Shown here piece after piece: positions 38,653 through 49,097 of a DNA stretch of 64,000 nt (its first letter is position 1; each line of letters starts with the position of its first letter). Under the pieces are notes generated by a model. That model saw only the letters and a program-made list of their open reading frames with translations, did no database searches and was not told the origin of the DNA. The stretch covers positions 82-64,081 of the forward strand of contig JBDRDK010000062.1 of the NCBI GenBank assembly GCA_043820855.1, read 5' to 3'. The DNA is from a bacterium (GTDB taxonomy: Bacteria; Patescibacteriota; UBA1384; JBDRDK01). The translations under genes and the position numbers were made by a program.

Positions 38653-38681
38653 TTGACAAATTTTCTATCTATTGTTAATGT
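38653..38681 (+). promoter_or_regulatory. candidate promoter for rpoB
   Basis: TTGACA, 17 nt, TAATGT, with TGT just upstream. It is preceded by a GC hairpin CCCGAC / GTCGGG (38633-38650). Confidence 0.4.
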
Positions 38682-38867
38682 ATGATCAATGGTAATACAA
38701 CTTGATTACCCAGATTTATATTTAAGGCAGATTGAATTGCCCGTTTTTACGGTCAATATTTAATTTATTTAGGGTGCAGGGAATTATCTTATAAAACAAA
38801 ATATCGTCTTCCTCTGTTTTTTAGAGGGTTATTTATTTGTAATATTTTTAGATAAATTGAGGTACAA

Positions 38868-41800
38868 ATGCCAGCTATTAAAGAACGAATTAATTTAGGA
38901 AAAGCTACGAACCAAAGTCCTCCAAATTTTCCAAATTTAATAGAATTACAAACCGATTCATATGAATGGTTTAAAAAAGAAGGTATACAAGAATTATTTC
39001 AGGAAATATCTCCAGTAATAGATTTTACTGGAAAAAATCTAGAATTAGAGTTTGGTAGATGTTTTTTTGAAAAACCAGTTTGTAATGAAGATGAAGCTCG
39101 TGAGAACAATTTGACTTATAAAGCTCCGTTGAGAGCTATAGTGAAACTCAAAAATCTGCAAAATAAGAAAATAAAAGAACAGGATGTTTATTTGGGTGAT
39201 TTTCCGATGATGACCAGAGGAGGAACCTTTATTATTAACGGAATAGAAAGGGTAGTTGTTAGTCAAATAGTACGATCTTATGGTGTGTTATTTACTGCTA
39301 ATAAATCTTCTAAAAGAAAACTGTTTGGAGCAAAAATTATTCCTAATCGTGGAGTATGGCTAGAACTTGAAACTAATAATAAGGATGTAATTTCTGTAAA
39401 AGTTGATCGAAGAAGAAAGATATTAATTACGACTTTACTTCGAGCTTTGGGTTATGAAACTGATGCAGAGATAATTAAACTTTTTTCAGACGTCAGCACA
39501 GACAGTGATCATAATTATATTCAAGCAACCTTGGATAGAGATCCTAGTATAAATTTTCAAGAAGCAATTTTAGAAGTTTACAAATGTGTACGTCCTGGTG
39601 AACCAGTTACATTTGATAATGCTAAGGCGTTTATTGAAGCAATGTTTTATAACTTAAAAAGGTATGATTTAGGTCAGGTAGGAAGATATAAAATCAATCA
39701 AAGACTGAATTTAAAAGTTGAGAATAATTTAAAGAATCGAGTTTTACGAAAAGAGGATATAGTTGAGATATTAAAAGAAATTATTCGACTTAATAACGAT
39801 CCGGATGCTCACGAGGATGATATTGACCACTTAGCTAATAGAAGGATAAGATCAGTAGGTGAATTAGTGCAAAGTCGAGTTCGAGTAGGCTTATTGAGGT
39901 TAGAAAGAAACATTAGAGATCGTATGAGTATCTCGACTTTAGAGATTGTTGCTCCACCATCTTTAATTAACGCACGACCGATAATAGCTGTTTTACAAGA
40001 GTTTTTTGCTTCTTCTCAATTGTCCCAGTTTATGAATCAAACTAATCCTCTAGCTGAGTTGGAACATAAACGGACTTTATCTGCTACCGGACCCGGGGGC
40101 CTCTCCCGAGAACATGCTGGCTTTGAAGTGCGCGATGTACATAGTTCGTTTTACGGTAGAGTTTGTCCAATTGAAACACCAGAAGGTAGAAGTATTGGAC
40201 TTGTAGGTTATCTGGCTTGTTATGCCAAAATAAATCAATATGGTTTTATTGAAAGTCCGTATTTTAAAGTTCAAAAACATAAAGGTCAAAAACCAAAAGT
40301 TGATACAGAAATTACATATCTTGATGCAGGTACAGAAAATCGTAGCATTATTATTCCATCAAGTATTCAACTCGATAAATATAGATGTATTCAAGATTCT
40401 AAAGTTATAGTTCGAAAATTTAGTGAACCTAACATAGAGAGAGCTAGCAAAGTAGATTATATGGATGTTACACCTAAACAAATCATTAGTTTGAGCACTG
40501 CTCTTATTCCATTTTTAGAACATACAGATGCAGTTCGAGCTTCAATGGGATCAAACATGCAAAGACAGGCAGTACCTCTTATAGTATCAGATTCACCTAT
40601 TGTCGGAACTGGAGTAGAAAAAGATGTGGCTAGGAATTCTGGACAGATATTAATATCAGATGTTGCCGGAGAGGTTGTTTCAGTAGATGCTTCTGAAATT
40701 GTAATTAAAGATCAAAAATCCAAAAAATATACTTATAAATTACAAAACTTTATGCGTTCCAATCAAGGGACGTGTTTGCATCAAAAACCAATAGTCGAAG
40801 TAGATCAGAAGATAAAAAAATCTGAAATTATTGCTGATAGTTCATCTACTCAAAACGGAGAGTTGGCTTTGGGTAGAAATGTTAAAGTAGCATTTTTATC
40901 ATGGGGCGGATATAATTTTGAAGATGCAGTTATAATATCTGAAAAACTAGTTAAAAAAGATATATATTCATCAGTTCATATTGAAAGATATTCCATCGAA
41001 GTACGAGATACCAAGCTTGGAGCAGAGATTACAACTCGTGATATTCCCAATGTAGGCGAAGAAGCTTTAAAAAACCTAGATAGTGATGGTATTGTTCGTA
41101 CCGGTGCTCGAGTAGAAGGCGGTAATATATTAGTAGGAAAAATTACCCCTAAAGGTGAAATAGAACTTTCCGCAGAAGAGAGATTGTTGCGTGCAATATT
41201 TGGCGAAAAAGCCAAAGACGTTAGGGATACATCTTTAAATTTGCCTCATGGTGAGAAAGGTAAAGTAGTTGGAGTAAAGATTTTTTCAAAAGAACAGGGG
41301 CATGAGTTACCCGTAGGTGTAAACAAATTGATTGAAATATCCGTTGCTCAATTGAGAAAGATATCTGTTGGAGATAAATTGGCTGGTAGACATGGAAACA
41401 AAGGTGTTATTTCCAAGATTTTACCAGAGGAAGACATGCCGTATTTAGAAAATGGTACACCAGTGGAAATAATTTTAAATCCTTTGGGTGTGGTTTCTAG
41501 GATGAATATTGGACAGATCTTGGAAACTCATTTAGGTTGGGCTATGGAAACTTTAGGTATGAAAATCTCTACTCCAGTTTTTGAGGGAGTGAGTTTTGAC
41601 AAAATTCAGAATAAATTACAAGAAGCAAATTTACCCAGAGACGGAAAAAATAAATTATATGACGGTAGAACAGGAGAACCCTTTGATCAAAAAGTTGTTG
41701 TGGGTAATATTTACATTATGAAATTAATTCACATGGTTGATGACAAAATGCATGCTCGATCAATAGGTCCATACTCTATGGTTACTCAACAACCCTTAGG

Positions 41801-42047
41801 AGGAAAAGCTCAATTTGGCGGACAGAGATTTGGAGAAATGGAAGTATGGGCTTTAGAAGCATATGGAGCTGCTTATACTCTACAGGAAATGCTAACAATA
41901 AAATCTGATGATATCTCTGGTAGGGCAAAAGCTTATGAATCAATAATAAAAGGCGAACCAATAGAAAAAGTATCTACTCCGGAATCATTTAATGTTTTAA
42001 TAAAAGAATTACAAAGTTTGGGCTTGTCTATTAAATTAATAAAATAG
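38868..42047 (+). CDS. rpoB: DNA-directed RNA polymerase subunit beta (compact, 1059 aa)
   Basis: Conserved blocks are present throughout, for example GDFPMMTRGGTFIINGIERVVVSQ, NPLAELEHKRTLSATGPGGL, GRHGNKGVISKI and GGQRFGEMEVWALEAYGAA. Confidence 0.98.
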   Translation: MPAIKERINLGKATNQSPPNFPNLIELQTDSYEWFKKEGIQELFQEISPVIDFTGKNLELEFGRCFFEKPVCNEDEARENNLTYKAPLRAIVKLKNLQNKKIKEQDVYLGDFPMMTRGGTFIINGIERVVVSQIVRSYGVLFTANKSSKRKLFGAKIIPNRGVWLELETNNKDVISVKVDRRRKILITTLLRALGYETDAEIIKLFSDVSTDSDHNYIQATLDRDPSINFQEAILEVYKCVRPGEPVTFDNAKAFIEAMFYNLKRYDLGQVGRYKINQRLNLKVENNLKNRVLRKEDIVEILKEIIRLNNDPDAHEDDIDHLANRRIRSVGELVQSRVRVGLLRLERNIRDRMSISTLEIVAPPSLINARPIIAVLQEFFASSQLSQFMNQTNPLAELEHKRTLSATGPGGLSREHAGFEVRDVHSSFYGRVCPIETPEGRSIGLVGYLACYAKINQYGFIESPYFKVQKHKGQKPKVDTEITYLDAGTENRSIIIPSSIQLDKYRCIQDSKVIVRKFSEPNIERASKVDYMDVTPKQIISLSTALIPFLEHTDAVRASMGSNMQRQAVPLIVSDSPIVGTGVEKDVARNSGQILISDVAGEVVSVDASEIVIKDQKSKKYTYKLQNFMRSNQGTCLHQKPIVEVDQKIKKSEIIADSSSTQNGELALGRNVKVAFLSWGGYNFEDAVIISEKLVKKDIYSSVHIERYSIEVRDTKLGAEITTRDIPNVGEEALKNLDSDGIVRTGARVEGGNILVGKITPKGEIELSAEERLLRAIFGEKAKDVRDTSLNLPHGEKGKVVGVKIFSKEQGHELPVGVNKLIEISVAQLRKISVGDKLAGRHGNKGVISKILPEEDMPYLENGTPVEIILNPLGVVSRMNIGQILETHLGWAMETLGMKISTPVFEGVSFDKIQNKLQEANLPRDGKNKLYDGRTGEPFDQKVVVGNIYIMKLIHMVDDKMHARSIGPYSMVTQQPLGGKAQFGGQRFGEMEVWALEAYGAAYTLQEMLTIKSDDISGRAKAYESIIKGEPIEKVSTPESFNVLIKELQSLGLSIKLIK

Positions 42048-42060
42048 GATTCATATTACT

Positions 42061-45000
42061 ATGATTACAAAAACCAAAAAAGAGGGTATCAAATCAAATA
42101 ATTTTAATTCCATAAAAATTTGCGTTGCTTCACCAGAAGAAATATTAGACTGGTCACATGGTGAAGTTCAAAAGCCCGAAACAATTAATTATCGTACCCA
42201 AAAACCAGAACGAGAAGGTTTATTTTGTGAAAGAATATTTGGTCCTAGTAAAGACTATGAATGTTATTGCGGAAAATACAAAAAAATTAGATATAAAGGT
42301 GTAATTTGTGATAAATGTGGTGTGGAAGTGACTCGCTCTGCAGTACGTAGGGAAAGAATGGCACATATTAATTTAGCCGTACCAATAGCTCATATTTGGT
42401 ATGTGCGAAGTGTGCCTTCAAGAGTAGGGTTACTTCTGAATATGTCTTCTAAGGAGTTAGCAAGAATAATTTACTTTGCTGATTTTGTGATATTAGAAGT
42501 TAATGAAGAAATTCGTAAGAATGCTCTTGGTAAAATTGAAAAAGAATTAAATGATTACAAATCTCAATTGCGAGATAAAACTGAATTGAAAAATAAAGGC
42601 GATTTAATTGAAGAAGAAAAAAGAATTGAAACTGCCTATAATTCTGCAAAAAGTGAATTACTAAGATTAGAGCCGAAAATACTAATCTCTGAAGAAAAAT
42701 ATTTTGACCTGTCTATGAAATATGGTCAGATTATAAAAGTAGGTATAGGTTCAGAAGCTATCTATGAATTATTAAGAAATATTAATCTGGATGAACTAAT
42801 AACTGAATTGAAAAAAAAGGTACATTCCAAGGACGCTACTCAAAATAAAAAGATAGCCAAAAGAATAAAAGTAATTACTGGTTTTCATGAAGCCCAGATA
42901 CGTCCAGAATGGATGGTACTTCGAGTTTTGCCGATTATTCCACCGGACCTGCGTCCCATGGTTCAGTTGGACGGTGGACGCTTTGCAACTGCTGATTTAA
43001 ATGATTTGTACCGCAGAATTATTAATAGAAATAATCGTTTGAAAAAACTTTTAGATCAGGGAGCGCCAGAGGTAATATGTCGTAATGAAAAAAGAATGTT
43101 ACAAGAAGCTGTTGATGCTCTTATTGATAGTGCTGCGAAAAGGGATAAGTCTAATAATCAGCGTAGATCAAGACAGGATTTGAAATCTTTATCAGATATG
43201 TTAAGGGGTAAAGAGGGGCGATTTCGTCAAAACCTGTTAGGTAAAAGAGTAGACTATTCTGCTCGTTCAGTTATAGTTGTTGGTCCAAATTTAAAACTAA
43301 ATCAATGTGGTATTCCAAAAGAAATGGCTTTGGAATTGTTTAAACCGTTTATTATAAGTAAATTAATTTCTAGCGGTTATGCTCATAATGTAAAAAACGC
43401 CGCAGGAATTATTGAAAAAAGAGAATTAATTATATGGGATATTTTAGAAGAAATCACCTCATCTAATTATGTTCTATTGAATCGTGCCCCAACATTACAC
43501 CGCCTGGGTATACAAAGTTTCCAACCAGTATTAATTGAAGGTAAAGCCATTCAAATTCATCCATTAGCATGTGCTGCATATAATGCTGATTTTGACGGTG
43601 ATCAAATGGCAGTATATATAACACTTTCTAGTCAAGCTACCCAAGAAGCTGAAAAGATAATGCATTCTATTCATAATATCTTGAAACCAGCAACTGGAGA
43701 ACCAATAGTAGCACCTTCTAATGATATTGTTCTTGGTTGTTATTATACTACTCAAGATAATCCAGATGCTTTAGGTAGCGGGAAAAGCTTTAAATCCAAA
43801 GAAGAGGCGATTTTAGCTTACCAGACAAAATATATTGACTTACAAGCTAAGATTAAAATAAAGATTAAAGATGAAATAGTCGACACAACCGTTGGAAGAG
43901 TAATTTTTAATCAAGTATTTCCCAAACCGTTTAGATTTGTTAATCAAACACTCAATAAGAAATTGTTGCGAGCAGCAATCGGAGAGTTTTTTGAAAAATA
44001 TGATAATGTATTAACAGCGGAGTTGGTAAATAACATCAAAGATTTAGGTTTTCAATTTGCATGTTTATCAGGCAATACTTTTGCTATTAATGATATTAAA
44101 GTTCCGGAAAAGAAACATGAAATAATGAGTAATGCGAAAGTTGAGGTTGAAAAAATCGAAGATCAATATCTTCAGGGATTAATCTCAGAACAAGAAAGAT
44201 ATGGGAAGGTAGTAGAACTATGGAGTCGAGTTAAGGCTGAAATTGAAGATTTAATGAAAGATAATTTCAACGAATTTAATCCCATTTATACTATGGTTAA
44301 ATCAGGTGCTAGAGGTACCATGGCCCAATTAGTGCAAGTAGCCGGGATAAAAGGTCAAGTGGCTAGTCCGTCAGGTAAAATCATCGAATTTCCAGTGGAA
44401 GCTAATTACAAAGAGGGATTTAACGAATTTGAATATTTTATTGCTAGTCACGGTGCACGTAAAGGAAAAACAGACACTGCTTTGCGTACTGCAGATGCAG
44501 GATATTTAACACGAAGATTAGTTGATGTGGCCCAAGATGTTATTATCACTTCCAAGGATTGTGGAGAAACTGAGGGTATAGAAATATCTAGAAAAAAGAC
44601 AGAAGAAACAGATAGAGATTTTGAGGCCCGACTAGTCGGAAGAATTTTTGCAAAAAATATTAAAGATAAAAAAGGTAAAACATTATTTAAAAAAGGTCAA
44701 GAAATATTATCAGAGGATGCCAAAGCCATAGCCGAAAACCTTGATATTTTGGAAGTACGAGTTTTTTCAGTTCTCACATGTAAAAATCTATGGGGTGTAT
44801 GTCAAAAATGTTATGGTACTGATTTAGGTAAGGGAAAATTAGTTGAACTTGGTACTGCTATAGGTATCATCGCTGCTCAAGCTATCGGAGAACCAGGAAC
44901 ACAGTTAACTCTTCGGACTTTTCATATTGGAGGTGTAGCTAGCGAAGATATTACCTATGGCTTACCAAGAGTTGAGGAGCTATTTGAAGCTCGCTCTCCA

Positions 45001-45831
45001 CATACTCCCGCAATAATTAGTGAGATAGATGGGAAAGTTAAAATATCTCATGATAAAGACGAGGATGTACTAGTAATTCAAGTTATTTCTGACAAATACA
45101 AAGAAGTAGCTATTGATGTTCCAAAAGATTTTAATATAACAGTAAAAAACAAGGACAAAATTAAAGTTCGCGGGATATTAGCAAATGCAACAAATCGTAG
45201 AGCAATTCGAAGTCCTTTTGAAGCTAGTATAAAAATATCTGGTAGAAAGATACATTTAACCAGTTTAGAAAAAATTTCTAAGTCTTACAGACTTGAAGCA
45301 TCAGTAAGTATACTGGTAAAAAATGGAGATTCTGTAAAAATAGGTAGTCAGTTATCAGAGGGGCATAAAGATCTTGAGCAGATATATAACATGGAGGGGC
45401 AAAGAGAAGCAGAAGATTACATAATTTCTGAAATACAACATATCTATTCTATGCAGGGTGTGGATATTCACGATAAACACGTTGAATCAATAGTTAGACA
45501 GATGTTTTCGCGAGTAAGAATCAAAGAGTCAGGAGACACTAATTATTTATCAGGTCAGATAGTTGATAAACTTGACGTTGAAGAAACTAATAGAAAAATT
45601 AAATTAAAAAATAAACAAATTGCTACACTTGAACATTTAGTTTTAGGTATCACTCGAGTTGCTTTATCAGCAGGTAGTTTTTTGTCGGCAGCTTCTTTTC
45701 AAGAAACAACCGGGGTTTTAATAGATGCAGCAACTACCGGAAGAATTGATCCACTAAGAGGATTAAAAGAAAATGTAATTATCGGAAGACTGATACCCGC
45801 TGGAACAGGGTTTAATAAAACTACTAAATAG
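42061..45831 (+). CDS. rpoC: DNA-directed RNA polymerase subunit beta'
   Basis: Zn motif CYCGKYKKIRYKGVICDKCG, the catalytic NADFDGDQMAV, and the trigger-loop/bridge-helix blocks. Confidence 0.98.
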   Translation: MITKTKKEGIKSNNFNSIKICVASPEEILDWSHGEVQKPETINYRTQKPEREGLFCERIFGPSKDYECYCGKYKKIRYKGVICDKCGVEVTRSAVRRERMAHINLAVPIAHIWYVRSVPSRVGLLLNMSSKELARIIYFADFVILEVNEEIRKNALGKIEKELNDYKSQLRDKTELKNKGDLIEEEKRIETAYNSAKSELLRLEPKILISEEKYFDLSMKYGQIIKVGIGSEAIYELLRNINLDELITELKKKVHSKDATQNKKIAKRIKVITGFHEAQIRPEWMVLRVLPIIPPDLRPMVQLDGGRFATADLNDLYRRIINRNNRLKKLLDQGAPEVICRNEKRMLQEAVDALIDSAAKRDKSNNQRRSRQDLKSLSDMLRGKEGRFRQNLLGKRVDYSARSVIVVGPNLKLNQCGIPKEMALELFKPFIISKLISSGYAHNVKNAAGIIEKRELIIWDILEEITSSNYVLLNRAPTLHRLGIQSFQPVLIEGKAIQIHPLACAAYNADFDGDQMAVYITLSSQATQEAEKIMHSIHNILKPATGEPIVAPSNDIVLGCYYTTQDNPDALGSGKSFKSKEEAILAYQTKYIDLQAKIKIKIKDEIVDTTVGRVIFNQVFPKPFRFVNQTLNKKLLRAAIGEFFEKYDNVLTAELVNNIKDLGFQFACLSGNTFAINDIKVPEKKHEIMSNAKVEVEKIEDQYLQGLISEQERYGKVVELWSRVKAEIEDLMKDNFNEFNPIYTMVKSGARGTMAQLVQVAGIKGQVASPSGKIIEFPVEANYKEGFNEFEYFIASHGARKGKTDTALRTADAGYLTRRLVDVAQDVIITSKDCGETEGIEISRKKTEETDRDFEARLVGRIFAKNIKDKKGKTLFKKGQEILSEDAKAIAENLDILEVRVFSVLTCKNLWGVCQKCYGTDLGKGKLVELGTAIGIIAAQAIGEPGTQLTLRTFHIGGVASEDITYGLPRVEELFEARSPHTPAIISEIDGKVKISHDKDEDVLVIQVISDKYKEVAIDVPKDFNITVKNKDKIKVRGILANATNRRAIRSPFEASIKISGRKIHLTSLEKISKSYRLEASVSILVKNGDSVKIGSQLSEGHKDLEQIYNMEGQREAEDYIISEIQHIYSMQGVDIHDKHVESIVRQMFSRVRIKESGDTNYLSGQIVDKLDVEETNRKIKLKNKQIATLEHLVLGITRVALSAGSFLSAASFQETTGVLIDAATTGRIDPLRGLKENVIIGRLIPAGTGFNKTTK

Positions 45832-45870
45832 AGTTGAAAAATTTTACTAATTAAACTATAATTATTAAAT

Positions 45871-46287
45871 ATGCCCACAATAAATCAATTAATAAAAAAA
45901 TCTAGAAAAAAACAACGTGCCAAGTTGAAGACTCCAGCGCTTAAGCGTAATTTAAATATTTTAAAAAGAAAAAATATTAATCTTAAAGTGGGTTCACCTC
46001 AAAAACGAGGTATTTGTTTGAAAGTTACAACTATTACACCCAAAAAACCTAATTCTGCTTTGAGAAAAGTAGCTAGAGTAAGATTAGCCAATGGGATGGA
46101 AATTACTGCATATATTGGTGGAGAAGGTCATAATTTACAAGAACATTCGATTGTTTTGGTACGTGGTGGAAGAGTTAAAGATCTTCCGGGAGTGCGATAT
46201 CACGTAGTACGTGGAAAACTGGATACTGCTGGTGTTGAAAATAGAAAACAAGGTCGTAGTAAATACGGAACTAAAAAAAGTAAATAA
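45871..46287 (+). CDS. rpsL: 30S ribosomal protein S12
   Basis: [10 protein letters not shown]..., [17 protein letters not shown] and [16 protein letters not shown]. Confidence 0.97.
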   Translation: MPTINQLIKKSRKKQRAKLKTPALKRNLNILKRKNINLKVGSPQKRGICLKVTTITPKKPNSALRKVARVRLANGMEITAYIGGEGHNLQEHSIVLVRGGRVKDLPGVRYHVVRGKLDTAGVENRKQGRSKYGTKKSK

Positions 46288-46291
46288 CTAT

Positions 46292-46750
46292 ATGCAATCA
46301 AAAAAACGTACAAAACCAGATCCTAAATACCAAGATTTAATAGTTGCAAAATTCGTAAACTACGTTATGCATAATGGAAAAAAAAGTGTGGCTCAAACAA
46401 TAGTACATGGGGCTATAGCTGAATTAGATAAAAAATCAAACGGTAAAGGTTTAGAATTATTTCACAAAGCTCTTGAAAATGTAGGTCCTATGCTTGAAGT
46501 TAGATCCAAAAGAATTGGTGGAGCCAATTATCAAGTACCAATAGAAGTAACCAGAGAAAGAAAAATCGCTCTAGCAATGCGATGGATGATAGATGCAGCC
46601 CGTTCTCAAAAGGGGGTATCTATGATTACCCGACTATCAAAAGAATTAGATTCGGCTTCAAAAGGTGAGGGTTTAGCTATAAAGAAAAAAGAAGATACAC
46701 ACAGAATGGCAGAAGCCAATCGTGCTTTTGCCCATTTCGCAAAGATGTAA
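46292..46750 (+). CDS. rpsG: 30S ribosomal protein S7
   Basis: VMHNGKKSVAQTIV, VRSKRIGGANYQVPIEV and AEANRAFAHF. The ATG at 46292 gives 152 aa. The tracked start at 46211 overlaps rpsL and is rejected. Confidence 0.95.
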   Translation: MQSKKRTKPDPKYQDLIVAKFVNYVMHNGKKSVAQTIVHGAIAELDKKSNGKGLELFHKALENVGPMLEVRSKRIGGANYQVPIEVTRERKIALAMRWMIDAARSQKGVSMITRLSKELDSASKGEGLAIKKKEDTHRMAEANRAFAHFAKM

Positions 46751-46800
46751 TCCGCCAACTGGCGGATAGCTTATAGCACATAGCAAATAGCATATAGAAA
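46750..46800. repeat. GC hairpin ATCCGCC-AACT-GGCGGAT plus an ATAGC-rich low-complexity word
   Basis: The hairpin (46750-46767) overlaps the rpsG stop. AGCTTATAGCACATAGCAAATAGC resembles AAATAGCAAATAGCTTATAGCAAATAG at 58551-58577. Confidence 0.6.
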
Positions 46801-46808
46801 ATAAAAAT

Positions 46809-46832
46809 ACCAGTTTGACACTGGTGTTTTTT
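46809..46832 (+). terminator. rho-independent terminator after rpsG
   Basis: ACCAGT-TTGAC-ACTGGT followed by GTTTTTT. Confidence 0.8.
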
Positions 46833-46876
46833 GTAATTTTTTATACAAAGAAATAAATCTAGGTATAATAAAAGAT

Positions 46877-47881
46877 ATGAAGTTTATCAAAGTTATATTT
46901 ATATTTTTTGTTAGTTTGATCATTATAATACTGATAAGTTTGTTATATTTTGCTTTTGAATTTAATTATAGTTCCACCATTAATTCTCAAAAACAAGAGT
47001 TTGAAATCAAAGAAGGACAGGGAATCGTACAGATTAGTCAGAATTTAGCTCGAGAGAAAATCTACTCCAAACCATTAGTTTTTAGATTATACGGTATATA
47101 TTCTGGTAAATACGCAAAATTACGCGCAGGTACTTATTTAATCTCTCCAAATCTGAGTTTAAAGAAATTAGTGAATATTTTTGTTAACGGAGATATCTCC
47201 AAGGGTAAAATAACTATTCAAGAAGGATGGAGGATTAATCAGATTCTAGATTATTTAATAGAAGAAGGACTAGTTGAAACCCGAGAAAATTTTTTAGAAG
47301 TTCTACAAGCTTCTTTATATAAAGATATTGATTTTCCAGAAGGTTTTGAAGGAGAAAACTTAGAAGGTTTATTATTTCCTGATACATATTATATACAGCA
47401 GAATGCAGAAGCAGAAGAGATCATAAAAATCATGCTTTTAAACTTCCGAGAACGTACTAAAGATTATTCCATTCTTCAAAATAATCACAACCTCAGTGAA
47501 TATGAATTAATTATTTTGGCTTCAATTATTGAAAGAGAAGCTCAAAATCAACGAGATCGAGAATTGGTAGCCAGTGTATACTTGAATCGTGTTGCCCGAG
47601 ATATGAAATTGGAAGCCTGTCCAACAGTCCAGTATGCGAAATCTGATAGTTGGGAGGAGATAGATTTAAATGATATTCAAAATATTATTTCAGTTTATAA
47701 TACATATTTATATCAGGGTTTGCCACCTACGCCAATCGCTTCACCAAGTTTAAACTCAATACAAGCGATAATAGATGCGCCAAAAACCGAATATTTATAT
47801 TTTTTTAATAATAGCGAGGGTAAGATTTTTTTCTCTAAAACAGCACAAGAACATGAGACAAAAAAACAAACCGAACTCTAA
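46877..47881 (+). CDS. mltG: endolytic murein transglycosylase MltG (YceG-like)
   Basis: N-terminal TM helix, LASIIEREA, VYLNRV...MKLEACPTVQYA and YNTYLYQGLPPTPIASPS. Confidence 0.9.
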   Translation: MKFIKVIFIFFVSLIIIILISLLYFAFEFNYSSTINSQKQEFEIKEGQGIVQISQNLAREKIYSKPLVFRLYGIYSGKYAKLRAGTYLISPNLSLKKLVNIFVNGDISKGKITIQEGWRINQILDYLIEEGLVETRENFLEVLQASLYKDIDFPEGFEGENLEGLLFPDTYYIQQNAEAEEIIKIMLLNFRERTKDYSILQNNHNLSEYELIILASIIEREAQNQRDRELVASVYLNRVARDMKLEACPTVQYAKSDSWEEIDLNDIQNIISVYNTYLYQGLPPTPIASPSLNSIQAIIDAPKTEYLYFFNNSEGKIFFSKTAQEHETKKQTEL

Positions 47882-47926
47882 ATAGGCAATCTTTATTTTT
47901 TTGTATTTTTATGTAATAATTAAATC

Positions 47927-48028
47927 TTATCCGCCCTTCGTCCATTCAACACATTTGATAGGTTCGACACTTCGGCAAGCTCAGTGCAGGTAAACTTAGG
48001 ACTATGGGTTATACCCATAGAGTTCCAT
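47927..48028. repeat. GC-rich repeat element that shares both termini with 55144-55356
   Basis: The 5' end TTATCCGCCCTT is identical to 55144-55155, and the next ~15 nt are similar. The 3' end GAGTTCCAT equals 55348-55356. An internal hairpin CTATGGG-TTATA-CCCATAG is present. Confidence 0.7.
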
Positions 48029-48041
48029 ATTAATAATAAAT

Positions 48042-49094
48042 ATGTTTGGTAGATTATTTGGTAGTTTGGCACATGATGTTGGTATAGATTTGGGTACTCG
48101 AAACACCCTGGTTTATGTTAAGGGAAAGGGGATCGTTATCAATGAACCCTCTGTTGTTGCGATAAATAAAAAAACTAAACAACTATTGGCAATAGGTAGT
48201 GAAGCTTGGAAAATGGTTGGCAAAACACCAGCAAATATAGTTGCTATACGACCTCTAGTAGATGGGGTAGTATCGGATTTTGAAGTAACTGAACAAATGT
48301 TGAAATATTTTATCGATAAAGTTCATCGGCGTAATTTTGCTTTTTTACCTAGACCTAGAGTTGTCATAGGTATACCTTATGGAGTAACAGAAGTTGAGAG
48401 AAGAGCCGTAGAAGAGGCAGCGATAAATGCTGGAGCCAGGCAGGTATTTTTAATTGAAGAGCCGATGGCTGCAGCAATAGGTGCTAGACTACCCGTTCAA
48501 GAGGCATCAGGCAATATGATAATTGATATTGGAGGAGGTACGACTGAAGTAGCCATGATCAGTCTTGGGGGTATTGTTGCTTCTAGATCAATAAGAATTG
48601 CAGGTGATGAAATGAACGAGACGATCGTTGACTATGCACGGGATCGATTCAATTTATTACTTGGAGACCGAACAGCAGAAAACATAAAGATCCATATTGG
48701 ATCAGCATTTCCACTGCCGGAAAAACTACACACCAAAATGAAAGGTAGAGATTTAGTCACTGGTTTGCCAAAAGAAATTGTAGTAAATGACGAACAAATT
48801 CGAGAAGCTTTAGCCAAGCCAGTATCTCAAATCGTTGATGCTGTAAAAGTAACTTTAGAAGAAACCCCACCAGAATTATTGGCAGATATTATGGATAAAG
48901 GAATTGTAATGGCCGGTGGAGGCGCACTACTCAAGGGTTTGGATGTACTTGTCAGTAAATCTACGGAGACTAAAGTATTTGTGGCAGATGATCCAATAAC
49001 CTGTGTTGCACGAGGAACAGGTATAATCTTAGAAGATATCGAAGCTCTTAAGGAAATATTACTACCCTCTCAGTACGAAAAATTGTCAAGTTAA
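48042..49094 (+). CDS. mreB: rod shape-determining protein MreB
   Basis: DLGTRNTLVYV, actin-fold phosphate motifs, DIGGGTTEVA and GIVMAGGGALL. Confidence 0.97.
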   Translation: MFGRLFGSLAHDVGIDLGTRNTLVYVKGKGIVINEPSVVAINKKTKQLLAIGSEAWKMVGKTPANIVAIRPLVDGVVSDFEVTEQMLKYFIDKVHRRNFAFLPRPRVVIGIPYGVTEVERRAVEEAAINAGARQVFLIEEPMAAAIGARLPVQEASGNMIIDIGGGTTEVAMISLGGIVASRSIRIAGDEMNETIVDYARDRFNLLLGDRTAENIKIHIGSAFPLPEKLHTKMKGRDLVTGLPKEIVVNDEQIREALAKPVSQIVDAVKVTLEETPPELLADIMDKGIVMAGGGALLKGLDVLVSKSTETKVFVADDPITCVARGTGIILEDIEALKEILLPSQYEKLSS

Positions 49095-49097
49095 TAA

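Noticed and set aside
27565-45831. Inteins or large insertions in gyrB, gyrA, rpoB or rpoC.
   Set aside because: The protein lengths (653, 875, 1059 and 1256 aa) are at or below typical values. The conserved blocks are contiguous, and no Hint/endonuclease motifs were seen.
46211-46291. An upstream start for rpsG that overlaps rpsL by 77 nt.
   Set aside because: The S7 homology begins at MQSKKRTKPDPKYQD (ATG 46292). The extension is an out-of-frame read-through of the rpsL 3' end.
46768-46800. A possible CRISPR-like or tandem array (ATAGC-rich words, also at 58551-58580).
   Set aside because: The units are about 5-10 nt, degenerate and contiguous. They have no spacers, no repeat of CRISPR length and no cas genes, so this is low-complexity sequence only.
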